DNA of 64,000 bases from Phaeosaccion multiseriatum (taxonomy: Eukaryota; Protista; Ochrophyta, other classes): NCBI GenBank assembly GCA_965112735.1, contig OZ218960.1, positions 124,001-188,000 on the forward strand. The letters are read 5' to 3'. A program made the position numbers and the translations under genes. Below, piece by piece: positions 1 through 11,447 of the stretch; within the stretch, counting starts at the first letter, position 1; the number at the start of each line of letters is the position of its first letter. The notes beneath the pieces were generated by a model. The model did no database searches. It saw nothing but the letters and a program-made list of their open reading frames with translations, and had not been told where the DNA came from.

Positions 1-3000
1 AGCAGCAGCATCCAAGAGGAGGGGAGGGGAGAGGGAGCTCTCTCCTTTCTGCTTTCGTCGAGTGGCATTCGTTGTGCGGTTTGATTTTGATATTCAGCCC
101 CAACGGTGCGCACCTTGGAGCTGAAGGTCGTTGGTATGAACATCCGAGCGGGCCTCGGGACGCCGCAGCGCCGAATGGCATCGGTACCATAAGCACTGGC
201 ACTCAAACTGCTGCTGTTCGCGGTCCCCACTGCTGCAGACATTCCACTCCTGTTGCTCCTATTGTTGTTGTTGTTGTTATTGTTGCTGCTGCCCTCGTGG
301 CTGCTGCCGTCATTGCAGCTCCCAGTGTCAGCAGCATGGTTGAAGATGAGCGTTCCCCAGTGGCTACTGAGCTCCTTCTCCCCGCCCCCTCCCACCCATA
401 TGCCTCTATTCCCCCCTCCTCCCCTGGGGCCAGCCTTGTGCTGCAGTCTCTGCGCAAGCTTCTCCACGCTGTGCGTCACTCTGACCCATGCGTGCTCCAG
501 GGGGGCACTCTCCAGCGACTCCGTAGAGAGACCCATGGGCCTGGAGAGAGGGAGTTGAGTAGAGGGACATGGGGAGGGGAGGGGAAGAAAGGGAATAGAG
601 CGTGGGAGATGAGGTGTGTACCTCCTTGGCACAGAGGAGAGAAGCACAACATTCATACGCCCCCCCCCCCCCCCTCCGTCCACCCCTCCATCCTCCTGCC
701 CATATTCCCCCCTCTCCCCTGTGCCTCCTGTAAGTCAACAAATATCCCCCCCCCGCGTCGTGAACCCACCTCATACAGCCCCTGTCTTGCGGAGAGTTGC
801 CGTACCCACACTTGGGGCAGGACCAGTCGCCCCACTGCTCTTTCTCCGTTCGGTCCTGCCTGCCCCTCTCCTGTCTCCTCTGCTGCGCCCTTTGGGTACC
901 CTCCCAGGACTCGTGCAGCCGATGCCCCACCGGCAGACGCTGAAACGCAGCACCAGCAGCAGCACCAGTTGGTGATACGGCAGTGGCGGTGCTAGCGCTG
1001 GCCTGAAAGAGAACAGAATGCTCGCTCGGGACCCCCCCCGCGCTGTCTCCAAAGTTGCTCCCGTCGAGCACTCCGAAGGCGCCGTCCATTCCCCCGGGGG
1101 TCGACGCCAACCGCCGCAGTGCACTGTGGCCGGAGCTGCTCCGGCTCCTCCTCGGGTGCCCCGCAGCTCCATCTGTGGTAGTTGGTGATACAGTCGCAGC
1201 CGCAGCCGCAGCGGCGGCAGAAGCAGCGGCAGTGGTGGCTCTACTGAGAGCAATGATCTTGCGAGTCCCGCGGCTCAGCGTGGGAGCGAGTGGACAGGCC
1301 AGGGCCTCCTCCTGGAGCAGGACGGCTTGGTTGTGGCTCCTCTGCTCGGCTTGACGGCATCGTATCACCTCGGCATGACCGTACAGGCGCGCTACAGACG
1401 CCACCTGCTGCCTCTGCAGGGCCTTGTGCGTGTGGGCGTGTGCGTGCGCCCCAAACCTTCCGCCCCTGTCAGCACTACTGCTCCTGCTGCTGTGGCCCTC
1501 GCTGCTGGCGCCTCTAGTCTGCTGCTGCTGCTGCTGCTGCTGCCTCGTCTCCTCACTCGCAATCTCTCGCTCTCGCTGCTCGGCTCTTCCTCCTCCTCGC
1601 CCCTCCCCCCCCCTTCCATCCCTCTTCCTCCTTCTCCTCCTACCAGTACCTAGACTCACGTCCTCAACCCTCATTCTGCTCCGTATTGCCCCCTCCCGCC
1701 CGCTTCGTCCTCTTCCCCCCGATGTGATGCCCAAGAAAGCAGCAGCGTCGGTACCACTCCAAACCTCCCCCCTTCCCCCCTCCACATGCCCTGCGCACCT
1801 CTTTTGATCATCCTCGTGCAGTTGGCCTCCAGTCAAGTCTTTCCATCCTCCTCCTCCTCCTCCTCCTCCTCCTCCTCCTCCTCCTCCTCCTCCTCCTCCT
1901 CTTCCTTCTTCTGCGAGACTTCTCTCCCTTTGAGGCAAAGCCCCTCCATCGCCGCTGCTGGAGCTCACTGAGGGCCTACCCGGTCCGCTACTCCCTCGCG
2001 CGACGGTTGATGCGGTGGAGGGGGTGGAGGATGCACCCCATGTCCCTCTCAAGCTGTCGTACATCTTCTCCTCCTCCTCCTCCTCCTCCTCCTCCTCCTC
2101 CTCCTCCTCCTCCTCCTGCTCCTGCTCCTGCTCCTCCTCCTCCTCCTGCTCCTCCTGCTCCTCCTCCTCCTCCTCCTCCTCCTCCTCCTCCTCCTCCTCC
2201 TCCTCCTCCTCCTCCTCCTCCTCCTCCTCCTCCTCCTCCTCCTCCTCCACTTCCTCCATCTCCTCCCCCTCCTCGTCGTCGTCCTGCTCCTGCTCCTCCT
2301 CCTCCTCCTCCTCCTCCCCCCACACTTCCTCCTCCTCCTCCTCCTCCTCCTCCTCCTCCTCCTGCTGCTGCTCCTGCTGCTCCTCCTCCTCCTCCTCCTC
2401 CTCCTCCTCCTCCCCCCACACTTCCTCCTCCTCCTCCTCCTCCTTCTCCTCCTGCTCCTCCTCCTCCTTCTCCTCCTGCTCCTGCTCCTCCTCCTCCTCC
2501 TCCTCCTCCTCCTCCTCCTCCTCCTCCACCACCACCCCATCCACATCCACATCCTCCTCCTCTTCATCTTCCTCTTGCTGCTGCTCCTGCTCCTCATCCT
2601 CCTTCTCCTGCCCCTGCTGCTCCTCTTGCTCCTCCTTCTGCTGCTCCTCCTGCTCCTCACCCTCCTTCTGCTGCTTCTGCTCCTGCTCGTCCTCCTCGTC
2701 GTCGTCGACGTCGTGCTCCTTCTCCTGCTCCTCCTCCTGCTCCTCCTCCTGCTCCTGCTCCTCCTCCTCCTCCTCCTCCTCCTCCTCCTCCCAACTAGTA
2801 CCTTCGCCCGTATCCACGGGCCTCTTGCCTCTCCCTCGGGCACCCCCATCTATGCAAACACGCTCTACTGCTGTGTCGGGGCTGCCTTCTATGCAGTGCC
2901 TTGGACTTGCACTGCTGCTGCTGCTGCTGCTGAGGCTGCTGAGGCTGCTGCTGCTGATGCTGTAGTCGTCGTCGCTGCAATACGCAGAGCTGTCGCGGCT

Positions 3001-3753
3001 AGTGTGTGTACTCCCCCTCTCGCCGCTGCTCCTCTGTGCGACCTGCCTGTGATCCCCCTGACGTCCTCCCTCCGCCCCTTCTTCCCCTTCCGGATCCTTA
3101 TCCTGCACTACTTCTATCCTAATTTCAGAGTCCTCCAGGGGCAGTAGGTCGTGAGAGGGGCTTGGCGTATGTGTCGGGAGAGCGGCTTGCAGTCTGACAT
3201 AAGGGAGCTCGTCTCGACCTCTATAATGCCGCTGATGTGACACCCACTCCCGTCGGTCACTGTCACCAGACGAGGAAGTGAGGCTCGAAGGAGAGGCAGA
3301 GGAAGGCACACTCCCTTCGCTGCTTTCCCCACTATACCACTTCGTCGGATCAAATCGGACGATCTCTTCCTCTGCCCCCTCCTCGTCATCCTCCTCCTCG
3401 TCCTCCTCCTCGTCCTCCTCCTCGTCCTTCTCGTCCTCCTCCTCGTCCTCATCGTCCTCCTCTTCCTCGTACTTTTCTTTCTGGTATGAGGCAGCAGCCA
3501 CAGCGGGAGTTGCCATGGTCAGCATGACGTTCCCATTTGCCACCGCAAATCCCTTGGCCCGAGCCTCCCGCTCAATGAATTTCCTCACAACCTCTTCCAC
3601 GGCTCGTCTCCTACCCCTGCCTTTCTCCTCCCCCGAGAAGAGGCCATGCTTCTCAACAAAGCCTCGGGCGGCGTCCAATGAGTTCTGCCCATGTTCCACG
3701 AGCAACGCGTCTTTCTTGCCCCCACTGTGCTGCACTTGGAGCACGAGAGGCAT
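1..3753 (-). CDS. Large low-complexity orphan protein (poly-Glu tract, RLY/CxxxPxL-type motifs, RanBP2-like zinc-finger half); 3' end runs off the window
   Basis: Likely ATG at 3753 (MPLVLQVQHSGG), open to a donor AG|gtgggt near 770. An acceptor ctccag| near 541 resumes an open frame to position 1. Contains WSCPKCGYGNSPQDRGC, VARLYGHAE and CPLAPTLSRGTRKI. Confidence 0.6.
2068..2790. repeat. (CTC/GAG)n coding microsatellite encoding a poly-Glu/Gln tract, with an internal EVWGEE duplication
   Basis: Direct inspection; lies within the minus-strand ORF. Confidence 0.95.
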
Positions 3754-3995
3754 CGGGTCAAGCTTTGCAAGGGGGAGCAAATCCAAAAGGGGTAACGGAA
3801 GACGAGACCGTCGGAGAAAAACGTAAAAGGAAACACCAACACCAAATCCTCTTCTTTTCTTTCCCCCTTCCCTCTTTAACTCCTAACTTGCCATCGTAGT
3901 GTTGCGAGTTTTATTTGGTTCTTTCTTTTCCTTCTTCTCCCATCGATACATGCACACACACTCACACACACACACACACACAGACACACACACTT

Positions 3996-4253
3996 TCAGT
4001 TTCTTAGGTGATTCCTATATAAGTCAATAAAATCTCCCATCGCCGCATCTGCACGGATCCTCCATCTGAATCGCATCCTCCGAGCCCCTCGACAGTGCAC
4101 AGTCACCCTCCTCCAGTCCATATCCATGTTGTCGTAGCCATCGTCGTCCTCCTCTGGCCACCCAATGTGCCCCACTTCCACCTTGATCTTCCTCAGCGCC
4201 GGGGAGAGAGGCGGCGGCAGAAAGGGGGCATCAAACGGCAGCTCGCCATAACC
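3996..4253 (-). pseudogene. Start-less 85-codon ORF fragment with weak SUMO/Rad60-like resemblance, abutting telomeric repeats
   Basis: Reads GYGELPFDAPFLPPPLSPALRKIKVEVGH...RRVTVHCRGARRMRFRWRIRADAAMGDFIDLYRNHLRN*. Bounded upstream by a TAG inside (TTAGGG)4. Confidence 0.25.
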
Positions 4254-4272
4254 CTAACCCTAACCCTAACCC
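4249..4272 (-). repeat. Interstitial telomeric repeat (TTAGGG)4
   Basis: (TAACCC)4, perfect, on the + strand. Confidence 0.85.
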
Positions 4273-4341
4273 AGCCGGGCCGCAGCCAATCCCAGCACAT
4301 CAATCAACGGTGCTTGTCTTGTTGCCCTACCCATCCGGGCA

Positions 4342-7300
4342 TCAGCTGCACCGCTGCTCGGCGCTGCTCCACGCGCACGCGAAGTCCGACAGAGCCCAGC
4401 ACTCGCACGAGGCCTCGTCGGTGTATCCAACGCACGCACCGCCCCAGCCCAGCTGCGTGCAGTCCACGGCAGTCACCGGCGGCGGAGTGGGGGTGGGGCT
4501 GATGATGTCACCACTACTGCAGCTGTCGCCGGACCACGAGCACGCGAAGGCGGACAGAGTCCAGCAGTTGCAAGAAGCAGCGTCGGTGAAGGCACCGCAG
4601 CTACCTTCCCATCCAAGCGAGGGACAGTCCACCTCAATGGGGGGAGTTGTCGGGGGCGGAGTGGGGGTGGGGCTGATGATGTCACCACTACTGCAGCTGT
4701 CGCCGGACCACGAGCACGCGAAGGCGGACAGCGTCCAGCAGTTGCAAGAAGCAGCGTCGGTGAAGGCACCGCAGCTACCTTCCCATCCAAGCGAGGGACA
4801 GTCCACCTCAATGGGGGGAGTTGTCGGGGGCGGAGTGGGGGTGGGGCTGATGATGTCACCACTACTGCAGCTGTCGCCGGACCACGAGCACGCGAAGGCG
4901 GACAGCGTCCAGCAGTTGCAAGAAGCAGCGTCGGTGTAGGCGCCACACTCTCCGTTCCAGTCCAGCTGCGTGCAGACAACGTCCTCCGAGACCTGAGTCG
5001 GTGCAGCCGTGGGAGCAGCCGTGGGAGCAGCAGTCGGGGCGACGCTTGGCGTCTGACGAAGACGATGGGGGACAGCAGGAGGGCAGGGGATGAGGCGTGG
5101 AGTGGTAAGCATGAGTCAGCGGCACAACAAGAGAGGAGAGGAGGCGAGACGCATGAGAGGGAAGGGAAGGGTAGAAGAGGGCACGTCACATACCTCAGTT
5201 GGTGTCGCTGTCGGTGTCGCAGTCGGTGTAGCCGTGGGAGCAGCAGTCGGGGCGGCACTTGGCGCAAGAGTCGGAGCAGTGGTCACTGGCGCCTGTGGAA
5301 GACGAAGGGGGGGCGCAGGAGAGCCCAGGAGGATGGGAGTAGATGAGGATAATATGGGTGTATGCATCAGTCAGAGGCACAACAAGAGAGGAGAGGAAGC
5401 GAGACGCATGAGAGGGAAGAGAAGGCAGAGGAGGGCACGTCACACACCTCAGTTGGTGTCGCTGTCGGTGTCGCAGTCGGTGTAGCCGTGGGAGCAGCTG
5501 TCGGGGCGGCGGTTGGCGCAAGAGTCGGAGCAGTGGTCACTGGCGCCTGTGGAAGACGAAGGGGGGGCGCAGGGGAGTCCAGGAGGATGGGAGTAGATGG
5601 ATGTACGCATATGGGTGTAAGCATGAGTCAGAGGCACAACAAGAGAGGAGAGTAGAAGAGGGCACGTCACATACCTCAGTTGGTGTCGCTGTTGGTGTCG
5701 CAGTCGGTGTAGCCGTGGGAGCAGCTGTCGGGGCGGCGGTTGGCGCAAGAGTCGGAGCAGTGGTCACTGGCGCCTGAGGAAGACGAAGGGGGGGCGCAGG
5801 GGAGTCCAGGAGGATGGGAGTAGATGGGTGTAAGCATATGGGTGTAAGCATGAGTCAGAGGCACAACAAGAGAGGAGAGGAAGCGAGACGCATGAGAGGG
5901 AAGAGAAGGGCAGAGGAGGGCACCAGCCTCGTCACACACCTCAGTTGGAACAGCAGTGGGAGCAGCAGTTGGGGCAGCAGTTGGAGCAGCAGTTGGAGCA
6001 GCAGTTGGAGCAGCAGTTGGAGCAGCAGTTGGAGCAGCAGTTGGCGCAATGGTGCACTCGGGGGACAAGGAGTCGGTTTCCCCCGTGATGAGGTTGCCGC
6101 ATGTGGAGCGGCAGTCGGTGGACAGGACGTATCCGAGCTTCTCGAAGACTCTCTGTGTAAGGGCACCAACACAGCGCACCACCTCCGCGTCCGTGGCCCC
6201 CGGGGTCATGAGGCTGTTGATAGTGCCTGAGGGGAAGAAGAACTCGTCGAAGTGACTCATGGAGGAGCCAGGGTCGTATGGGTCGGGACTGTATACAGGC
6301 GTACATCTGCGCGCTGGGGAGGAAGGAAGGGAGGCAGGGAGGGAGAGGAACACAAGACCGTGAGTGATACCAAGCGAAGTGCCGTCCCCCACGACTAGGT
6401 CCATGTTGCTATGACTGACTGAGACGATGCGAACTCACTAGGCTCGTCCAGAATGCAAAGCCTGCCCGCTGTGAAGATGAGGTTACTCGATTGGGTGGCG
6501 AAGGAGGTCGGGAAGTTGTCGGGACTGAGTTGTAGACCTCCTTCAGGGTCGAACATGGCAAGCGAGAAAAATGAGCCGATGTAGTTGGTGACGATGTTTC
6601 CCTTGTGGGAGGGAGAGAGAGAGAACGAGAGAGGGAGGGGGCGGGATGGGTGTAAACGTCGGGCGAGAATGCGTATGTCCATCTGCACACAAACACCACC
6701 ACTACCGCCATCAGCAGTAGCAGTAGCAGCAGCAAGCCAGGCCCGTCCCACCGAGAGGAACGAAGCACACCAGCACTTTCCTCTCCTCTCACTTAGCCTT
6801 GGCTCACTTGTGCATCAGTGAACTCCGACCAGAAGGCCAGGACTTCGCCGGTTAGCGTACTCTCGAATACATTCAAAGGGTCAATGAAGCCTAACGCGTG
6901 TCCAATTTCGTGCGCCATCACAGTGGTGAAGTCGATCTGTGGGTGTGTGCGTGGGGGGGAGGGGTGTAGTGCAGTCAGCCAGCGCCAGGGTCAGCAGCAG
7001 AGCAGACCACTCTCCAACTTGCTGTTCGAGCCCCGTAACTCCACACGGCACTTCTTGCTTGGGTTTCTGAGCGAGTCACGGCAGCATCCTCCTAGGGAGC
7101 TCAGTGTGTGGCGTGGCCAGGCCTCACCTCGTCGGAATTGATATCCGCACCGTCTCCGTAGTGCCAGTCAATATCTGCGTTGAAAGAGATCTCTCCGTCA
7201 TACTCCACTCCAGCATCTTCAAGATCATCGTCGCTCACTACGCCGAGATAGCGAAGCTGCGCCGGGGCCCATTCCAGCACCGATGTTTCCCCATCAGCGA

Positions 7301-7817
7301 ATGTCACTTCCAGCGCTAGGAGCACGACGCCGGTGTTGGCCAAGGTAATCCCGAGGACGTCGCCTCCGTCGGACGAAGGCTCGCTCAGATCTGCCACAGG
7401 GTCGATAAAGAGGCGGATAGGACCCGTTCCAGGCTCGAAGATATCAGCCCACATGCACAGAGCATCATCTGTGGCGGCCTCTGCCCGCCTAACGTCCCCA
7501 GCCGGGGCTGGGCTCGGAGAGAAGGTCACGTCAAACAGTCCGGAGTAGTCGCAGTCCGGTGCCAATCTCCTTCTTGTGCCGCCACTTGCTTGCCCATCCG
7601 CCTCGACCCTCTCCACTCTCGTGTGAGACGGGCCCTTCGAGGGATCAGAAAAATTCGGCAACTGCACGGCCCTTCTTCCTCCGGGTATCAGCGTCGCCGA
7701 GCAGCCTCCCGCTTGTATGTCAGCCTTCAGCGAGGCCAAATCGTGCTTTCTTGATGCCGCAGCGTCTGCCGCTTGAAAGGGAAGCAGCAGTGCCAGTTGC
7801 AGTGCGAGCAGCAGCAT
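4342..7817 (-). CDS. Secreted zincin-type (HExxH) metallopeptidase with Thr/Ala/Pro mucin-like stalk and four Cys-rich C-terminal modules (about 8 exons)
   Basis: Signal peptide MLLLALQLALLLPFQAADA. Spliced exons give IDFTTVMAHEIGHALGF (starting 6936), then YSPDPYDPGSSMSHFDE and NSLMTPG. TAAP repeats, 58-aa six-Cys repeats, and a stop at 4342-4344. Confidence 0.8.
4350..4980 (-). repeat. 174-bp coding tandem repeat (58-aa six-Cys module, 4 copies, outer copies diverged or partial)
   Basis: gatgatgtcaccactactgc recurs at 4501, 4675 and 4849. Confidence 0.9.
5053..5940 (-). repeat. Tandem exon+intron duplication (three near-identical 99-bp exons at 5773-5675, 5546-5448 and 5292-5194; four related introns)
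   Basis: Each exon encodes APVTTAPTLAP(T/S)AAPTAAPTATPTATPTATPTE, is phase 0, and is flanked by similar intron sequences. Confidence 0.9.
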
Positions 7818-8153
7818 CTTATCTTTTTTTTTGGACAGCAGCATCTTGGGTTTTTTTTTTTGCAGCAGGAGGTTGTTGCTTGTTGAAGCAATGGCACGGC
7901 ACTTGCTTGTTGTTGGTTTGAGGATTGTCTCGCATTTGTTGGACGCCCCGTTCACGGGGAGTTCCTTGTTCCTTAACCCTCCTCATCATTGAACTGTACT
8001 TCTGTGGGTGGGGGTAAAAAAAAAAAACAGTGCAGAGTAAAAAGCCATCTGTGAGTGTGTTTTTTCGCTTGGGGCGGCGGCGCGCGAGTGGCTGAGTTGC
8101 TTTAACTTTTCCTTTCCTTTTGTGTCAACTCCCCTTGACAAATACAGGGAGGG

Positions 8154-11100
8154 ATGATCGCTTCGTCCGAGCACCGCGTGGCGGTGACTCTCCTGCTTTC
8201 TTTGCTCGCATCGTCAGGTGAGTCACCCCTGTACTGCTTTGTTGAAAGAGGAGAGAGAAAAAGACGGAGCAAGAGAGAGAAGAGAGAGCAAGAGCGTGGG
8301 AGAGCAAGTGAGAGAGAGAGGCACGAAAGAGAAAAAGTGATGTGTTAAGGAAGGGGAGGGCGGGTGTCAAGCGGGCGGTAGGAGAGCCTGAGGAACTTTT
8401 GAGGAGCCCTTGGGAGGGCAGGTTGACTATGATGCGCGACCCAACCGTTGCTGGAGGTCTCCCAATCCATCTCTTCACACGTCTCGTCCCCCTCCTTGAA
8501 CAGGAGAGGCCTTGGCTCCTCGTGGCGTGGGAGGGATTGCTTCGGCAATGCGCACTGGGGGGGGTGGGGCAAGAGCAGGGAGCCGAGGAGGCGTGCGCAG
8601 CCGGCCCCTCTCCCCGCATCCCCGCGCACCTCGCTTGGTCTGCAACCCCCCTCGGCCCCCGTCCTCGTCGTTCACACCTCCCACAGCAGATGCGTCCACC
8701 ACCACCGCACTATCAGCATCTGTATCGTCTTCTTCGTCTTCTTCCTCCACCGATAACACCTCTTCATCTGTGTCCTCCCGGAGCGGCAGTAGCAGCACCC
8801 CCCCGGTGTACCCCTTGGTGGACGTCGACGCCAACCTCAACCACGCGGCCCTCCGCGAGGAAGTGGGCCTCCACCTGTCCATGGCTGCCCAAGCAGGGGT
8901 ACTGCAGGTGGTCACGCCTGGCAGCACGGTGGAGGATAGCAGTTTGGCTCTGGCCCTGGCGAGGCAGTACCCCGGAGTGGTGTACCCGACGGCGGGTATT
9001 CACCCCTACCATGTTCACGAGTGCGGTGACGTGGATGACGCCATGCGCGAGGTAAGGGGGAGGATACGGTATGAGGTACGGGGGTAGGGGAGGGGAGGGG
9101 AGGGGAGGTATGGCAGGGTAGGATAGGGTAGGGTAGGGTAGGGTGGGGTAGGGCAGAGTAGGGTAGGGTAGGGCAGGGTAGGGTGGGGTTGGGTAGGGTA
9201 GGGTAGGGTAGGGTAGCGTGGGGCAGAGTAGGGTAGGGCAGGGTGGGGTAGGGCAGGGTAGGGTAGGGTAGGGTAGGGAAGGGTGGGTAGGAGAGGATAG
9301 GGTATAAGATAGAAAGAGAGAGATGCATGAATGGATCGATTTATTGATCGGTCGAGAGATGGATAGATGGATAGAAAGAGGCATATCGGCAAAGAGTCCA
9401 CGCGGGCCGTCTACCAGTTCGTGTGGTATGCCCAGCGGTAGTAGGTGTCAGGTGCTCACACACACGGGATGAGCAAGAGAAGCGCATGATTGCGTAATCC
9501 GGAATTCGTTTGCCCCTTCGCATTGGCGACGTTGGTATCACCATCTGCCGTGCCCCGTGCCCCCCCCCCCCCCAAATGTCGCCTCTCGCTCTCTCCCTCT
9601 CTCAGGTGGAGGCGCTCGTGGTAGACCCTCTGACTCGCTGCGTGGGGGAGACGGGGCTAGACTTTAGCGAGGGTTTTCCGGAAGCAGCGCTGCAGCTCCC
9701 GTTCTTCGAGCGCCAAGTGCAGATGGCGTGCAGGTGTGTGCGTCTGTGCGTGTGTGTGAGAGAGAGGGCGAGAAGAGAAGAGGGAGGGAGAAATAGAGCG
9801 AGAGAACCAACCAGAGAGGGAGGGAGAGGCGGGATAGACGGAAGACAGAGACACAGGAAAAGAAAGTCCTTCACGGGTGGCGTGCATTGAAGGAGAGTCT
9901 TCAGGACAAGCCGCATGTCGGCGACGTTGAGCTGAGGACCCTGGGGCTCCTCCTCTGCTGCCATCTTACTGCGCCCCCTGTCCACCCGAATCGACCCTCC
10001 TCGCTCGCCGCCATGCAGGCTACGGAAACCGCTCTTCCTCCACGAACGCCTCGCTTTCGAGCCCTTTGTTGAGGTGAGACTGAACGTTTTACACGATCAT
10101 TTTTCACCCCCTTGAAAACCTGAAACTGCGAGTGACTCCTGAAACTGACAAACTGGCACTGAAACTGGTACTGAACCCACCGAAACCACCCACCGAACTG
10201 CTGAAACAGACTCTGACTCGAGCGGCAGAGGCGTGTGGAGAGCAAGGGCTGCCTCCTTGTCTTGTGCACTGCTTTACAGGGGAGCTGGAGCACCTTCTCA
10301 AGTACCTGGACTTGGGGTTCATGGTGGGCATCACGGGCTTCGTTTGCAAGGACAAGCACGGCAAGGAGTTGAGAGACATTGTCAAGCACATTCCGCTGGA
10401 CAGGTGAGAGTATTGTCAAGCGCACCCCCCCCTTGGAGGGGTGAGCTGGTGGTGTGCACGTACACATACAGGGAGGGAGGGAGGGAGGGAGGGAGGGAGG
10501 ATACACATGCCTTCCTGCCGCTAACTTTCAATGATAGCAGCATGAGCGACGGGGGCCGAAAGGGACGGGGTGTGGGTGTGGGTGTGCGCGTGCGAAAGGC
10601 GCTTGCCTTCCCATGAGCGATGCACTCCATCTCTTGGTCAGTCTTGTGTGCCAGTGTCCCCTTTGTGAGCTTATCGCGCCCTCTCCCCCGTTCCTGTCGC
10701 CGCCGCTGCTACTGCTGCTGCGGCTCCCACAGACTTGTGGTGGAAACCGACGCTCCTTACTTGGTGAGTGGAGACGAGATGATTCCTTGATACGATACCT
10801 TCGCCGATGTCCTTCGCCGCTTAGCAGCTTAGTACAGTAGCTCAATCCCTCCCATCCCCCACACACAAGCAATGCACACACGAGCCTAACTTCAGCCTGT
10901 GCTTTCTCGTGCATGTATCCCCACCCCCCCACTCCTCCCCTGCCCCCCGTGCAGGGCTTCCCGAAGTGCCGCTCCGGCTACGCCTCCAAGCCCAAGCAGC
11001 AGCATCCCAACGTGCCCTCCGCCCTTCCCCGCGTGGTGGCAGCGGTGGCGCAGTGCCTGGGCAAGTCGGAGGAGGAGGTGGCGCGGGCGTCGACGGCGAA

Positions 11101-11167
11101 CGCGAGGCGGTTTTTCGACATGACTGCTCCTGGGACTGCTGCTGAGCCCCCAGGGGTTGCCAGGTAG
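8154..11167 (+). CDS. tatD: TatD family metal-dependent nuclease, probably organelle (plastid)-targeted; about 7 exons
   Basis: Motifs LVDVDANL, TAGIHPY, VGETGLDF, PLFLHER, LVHCFTG, LVVETDAPYL, NVPSAL and STANARRFF across exons 8154-8217, 8504-9051, 9606-9733, ~10019-10073, ~10210-10403, ~10732-10762 and ~10955-11167. Confidence 0.88.
9085..9305 (+). repeat. (GGGTA)n pentanucleotide array in the 5' part of a TatD intron
   Basis: Direct inspection. Confidence 0.9.
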
Positions 11168-11447
11168 ACAAGACAGACAGAGATGTAGAGAGGGAAAAAT
11201 GAGCAATAAAGAATAGAGAGAAGAACCGCAAGGGAAGACAAAGGACAGAGGGTCTAGCAGCATGGCAGCAGCACCAGCCGCAGCACTCACTACAATCGAT
11301 TGTGGGTGAAAAGACAAAATGAAAGAAAGAAATCGGACCCCTCGAGTTTTGGAGTCGGTCTCGAGTTCTTTTCATCCCCATCCCTTCTCTCTTTCTCTTT
11401 GTTGCTTTTCCTCAAACATAGTAGCTCGTCGAGAGCCAAAGAACGAA

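Noticed and set aside
1988-3147. Long poly-Pro, poly-Ser, poly-Arg, poly-Leu and poly-Gly ORFs
   Set aside because: Alternative frames or antisense of the (GAG)n tract in the real minus-strand gene.
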